Shown piece after piece: positions 61,540 through 64,000 of a stretch of 64,000 bases of DNA. The translations under genes were made by a program, and so were the position numbers. Source of the stretch: Herpetosiphon gulosus (GTDB lineage Bacteria; Chloroflexota; Chloroflexia; Chloroflexales; Herpetosiphonaceae); contig NZ_BAABRU010000004.1 in the NCBI RefSeq assembly GCF_039545135.1, positions 322,427 through 386,426 on the forward strand. The letters are read 5' to 3'. How positions within the stretch are numbered: the stretch's first letter is position 1; each line of letters begins with the position of its first letter. The notes beneath the pieces are model-generated. The model searched no databases and had not been told where the DNA came from. It was given only the letters and a program-made list of their open reading frames with translations.

Positions 61540-62307
61540 TTAGCCTGCATCCAATGCAAAAACTGCACCATCGTAGGCGATCAAAACTTCGCCCTTAAAC
61601 ATTGTGGCAACTCGCGCCAAAACTTCAGCTTCCGGAGCGGTATTGATTGGGCTGTAGTGGGTCAGAATCAGGCGTTGGACACCAGCATTTTGAGCGGTGG
61701 TAGCGGCTTGCTCAGGCGTTGAGTGGGTATCAAAGGGCATTGAAACGGTGCATTCATGAATCAATGTATGCGCCGCTTGGCTTAATTCAACTAGTGCCGC
61801 GCATGGTCCACTATCAGCGCCATACACCAAACTGCCTTGGCCTACTTGATCAATCCGTAAGGCGAGGGTTGGGCGGCTATGGTAGGTTGGGGCGGTGGTG
61901 AAGGTTGCACCTAAATCGAAGGGTAATTCGACCCTACCACCAGCATCATCGAGGGTTTGAAATTGGGGCGTAATTGCATGAATGCCTAAATCGGCGGCTT
62001 GCACAACCGCCTCAGCCGTAGCAATCGTGCGCGAATTACCAAACACTAGCAATTCACCGTTGTGTTGAGCCAACCACAAATGTAGCAACAAACTGGGCAA
62101 GCCCATCAAGTGGTCGGGGTGATTGTGCGAGATGAAGATCGCGCGGAGTTGACGTGGATCAAGCCCATATTTGAGCATCCGACGATACGGGCTACCGCCA
62201 CAATCGAGTAAGACTAAGCCAGCCGCGCTTTGCCAAACATAGCCACTATTTTCACGCTCAGCATCGGGAAGTGCCGTGCCAGAGCCAAGCACAATCAAAT
62301 TACTCAT
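61540..62307 (-). CDS. MBL-fold metallo-hydrolase (RNase Z/ElaC-like short form)
   Basis: LIVLGSGTALP...LLDCGG...ISHNHPDH motif (HxHxDH); 255 aa. Confidence 0.75.
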   Translation of the reverse strand: MSNLIVLGSGTALPDAERENSGYVWQSAAGLVLLDCGGSPYRRMLKYGLDPRQLRAIFISHNHPDHLMGLPSLLLHLWLAQHNGELLVFGNSRTIATAEAVVQAADLGIHAITPQFQTLDDAGGRVELPFDLGATFTTAPTYHSRPTLALRIDQVGQGSLVYGADSGPCAALVELSQAAHTLIHECTVSMPFDTHSTPEQAATTAQNAGVQRLILTHYSPINTAPEAEVLARVATMFKGEVLIAYDGAVFALDAG

Positions 62308-62423
62308 GCGGACCTCCTTTGGTCGTGCAATCTACGCAGATAGCGCAGCAATTAGTATAATAGGCCATAAAAGACCCGACAAGGGTGCAAAACTCACATT
62401 TTGCAGCCACTATAGGAGCCAGT

Positions 62424-63122
62424 ATGGACGCACTCTCTGCAATGATGCAGCTTTGGTTGGGTGGGTTATTGGTCGCATGGGCACTGGTGTTGCTTGGCGG
62501 ATTCGTGCTAGGCAAGCCGAATCCTGAAGGCACGCGCCGCATGACGCTGTGGGGGCGTTTGGGGTCATCAGCAATTTTGGTGGTGGCGGCTTGGAGTTGG
62601 TGGTGGCAACTGCACCAGCAACATAATCTAACGGCCTTGTTAGTTGCGCTTGGCATGAGCTTGGGCTTTGTGGGCGATTTATGCATGGCCCAAGTTGTTC
62701 CGCTTAAAAATTATGTATTGGGTGGCATGAGTGCCTTTGGGCTAGGCCATGTGGCCTATATTTGGGCTGGCCTAGGCATCGAAAGCTTCAATGTGCTGAG
62801 CTGGTTGGTTTGGTTAATCGTGGGGGCGCTTGGCTGGTATGTGGTAGTTTGGCACGATAGCTCACGCAGTCGGTTGCATCAAGTGGCTTTGCCTTATGCG
62901 TTGTTGCTGGCGAGCACGACAGGCATTGCAACTGGGGTAGCCTTGGAGCAACTGCCAATGCTGACATTTGCGATCGGCGCAGCCTTATTTTTGCTCAGCG
63001 ATTTAATTTTGGCCACCCAGTTGTTTAATGATGCCCGTTGGCGCGGAATTGGCGATGTGGTTTGGTTTACCTATGGTCCGGCCCAAGCCCTAATTGTCTA
63101 TAGCATGGCTTGGTTGCTTTAA
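62424..63122 (+). CDS. Polytopic membrane protein, YhhN/lysoplasmalogenase-like
   Basis: 6-8 TM helices. RBS ATAGGAG before the ATG at 62424 (the ORF track start 62385 is also possible). Family assignment is weak. Confidence 0.45.
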   Translation: MDALSAMMQLWLGGLLVAWALVLLGGFVLGKPNPEGTRRMTLWGRLGSSAILVVAAWSWWWQLHQQHNLTALLVALGMSLGFVGDLCMAQVVPLKNYVLGGMSAFGLGHVAYIWAGLGIESFNVLSWLVWLIVGALGWYVVVWHDSSRSRLHQVALPYALLLASTTGIATGVALEQLPMLTFAIGAALFLLSDLILATQLFNDARWRGIGDVVWFTYGPAQALIVYSMAWLL

Positions 63123-63358
63123 TTGAGAAAAGAGGATTTTAATGATCTAGCTAATATAGTTTCAGCCAAACAATGCTGGGAGCTTAATTGATCACCACCC
63201 CTCCGCCCCGCCTCAAGGCGGGGAACGCAGGGTGTTTTCATCCCCCTGCACCCCCTAAAGCACAATTTTTGATAGACAGCCGTATCCAGCTGCATCAAAA
63301 ATTATGGTTTTAATACAAACGACAAAGCCACAATTGCGGCTTGTGGCTTCTTCGCTAA

Positions 63359-63385
63359 TTGACATTTTGCAGAACGTGCTACAAT
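63359..63385 (+). promoter_or_regulatory. Sigma70-like promoter (TTGACA - 15 nt - TGcTACAAT extended -10) followed by a ~150-nt leader
   Basis: Consensus hexamers at 63359-63364 and 63380-63385 with an extended -10 TG. Downstream leader GGCGGGAAGCACUGAUGGG... precedes the RBS GGAGG of the 63536 gene. Confidence 0.45.
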
Positions 63386-63535
63386 GATCATGCTCTCGAC
63401 CAATTTGGCGGGAAGCACTGATGGGTTTTCTGGTTTCAAACACCACTTGGATCGCACCCGACCGAGATGGTAAGTACACAGTGATGTGCTTAGTTGTCCT
63501 CGGCTGACGCGATTCGGCGTTGCGGAGGTTTTTTT

Positions 63536-64000
63536 ATGGCTTTTTCCGCTCGACCGACAGTCGGCATTTTTGGCGCAGGCAAGGTTGGCACAGCCTTGGC
63601 CTTGGCCTTACAACGCGTCGATTACCCACTTGTCGGCGTTAGCTCTCGTTCAGCTGCTTCGGCTCAGGCATTAGCTCAAAGTCTGGCATGCCCCGTACTT
63701 ATACCCAACGAATTATTTGCCCAAGCTCAATTGATCTTTCTGACAATTCCTGATGATCATTTAGCCGCTACCGCCCAAGCTTTGACTGATTCACTTGGCC
63801 ATGGCACTGGCATTGTGGTGCATTGTTCAGGAGCCTTGACCAGCGCCGTTTTGCAACCATTGCAGCTGCGTGGTTGGCAGGTTGCTGGTTGTCATCCATT
63901 GGCTCCCTTTGCGAGCCGCTCAACTCCCTTACCCCAAGCAATTACCTGGGCGATCGAGGCTGAAGCTGAGTCATATGCTGTGCTGGCGGAATTAGTCCAA
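63536..64000 (+). CDS. Rossmann-fold NAD(P)-binding oxidoreductase-like protein (DUF2520-like), 3'-partial at the window end
   Basis: ATG at 63536 preceded by GGAGG. Translation MAFSARPTVGIFGAGKVGTALALALQRVDYPLVGVSSRSAASAQALAQ... has the GxGxxG motif. No stop before the window end. Not in the ORF track because it is open-ended. Confidence 0.6.
   Translation, partial: MAFSARPTVGIFGAGKVGTALALALQRVDYPLVGVSSRSAASAQALAQSLACPVLIPNELFAQAQLIFLTIPDDHLAATAQALTDSLGHGTGIVVHCSGALTSAVLQPLQLRGWQVAGCHPLAPFASRSTPLPQAITWAIEAEAESYAVLAELVQ

Noticed and set aside
62300-62686. 128-aa Cys-rich minus-strand ORF
   Set aside because: It overlaps the start of the YhhN-like gene and the divergent promoter region. It has no RBS and an implausible composition.
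63190-63250. Possible additional copy of the module B repeat
   Set aside because: It shares only short C/G runs with module B. It is better explained as a simple GC hairpin terminator (cccgcc-tcaa-ggcggg) after the YhhN-like gene.

Overview
This 64-kb window reads as a chromosomal segment from a Chloroflexota-like genome, possibly Herpetosiphon-like. That assignment is a low-confidence inference from Pro/Thr/Glu-rich linkers, a GerMN protein, a deoxyhypusine synthase and the abundance of secreted proteases. I call about 55 protein-coding genes; no rRNA, tRNA, CRISPR array, transposase or integrase is visible. The recognisable loci are: (i) a 5'-partial membrane protein followed by an ABC-2 ATPase and permease; (ii) an alpha-glucoside locus with a GH31 alpha-glucosidase divergent from a sugar ABC importer (binding protein plus two permeases) and a LacI-family regulator; (iii) a PP2C phosphatase, ROK kinase, CitE-like lyase and LepA/EF4; (iv) secreted proteins (a beta-helix protein and an S8 subtilase carrying a C-terminal cupredoxin-like domain) and a GT-C-like membrane protein; (v) a TetR regulator with a twin palindromic operator plus an SDR epimerase, and Aat/ClpS; (vi) a bacterial major-vault-protein-like (MVP repeat + SPFH shoulder + coiled coil) protein; (vii) an MDR dehydrogenase, an orphan protein resembling the N-terminal domain and linker of cyanophycin synthetase, and an acyl-CoA ligase; (viii) deoxyhypusine synthase and Tex; (ix) a minus-strand cluster of secreted HExxH metalloprotease, sensor histidine kinase, SEC-C protein with a poly-acidic tail, and a LuxR-HTH/TM/Kelch transmembrane regulator; (x) a paralogous lipoprotein pair, then an RCK-domain membrane protein and a CPA-RCK antiporter; (xi) CysK, and an arsenic operon encoding an ArsR-ArsC(LMW-PTP) fusion, GAPDH and an ArsJ-like MFS; (xii) MscS, ABM monooxygenase, MBL hydrolase and a YhhN-like protein. 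The most striking non-genic signal is a mosaic of at least six short repeat modules (A-F), reused in different combinations in at least 10 intergenic regions and often forming long palindromes. A roughly 1.1-kb non-coding gap also holds a decayed GH1 beta-glucosidase N-terminal fragment flanked by these repeats.
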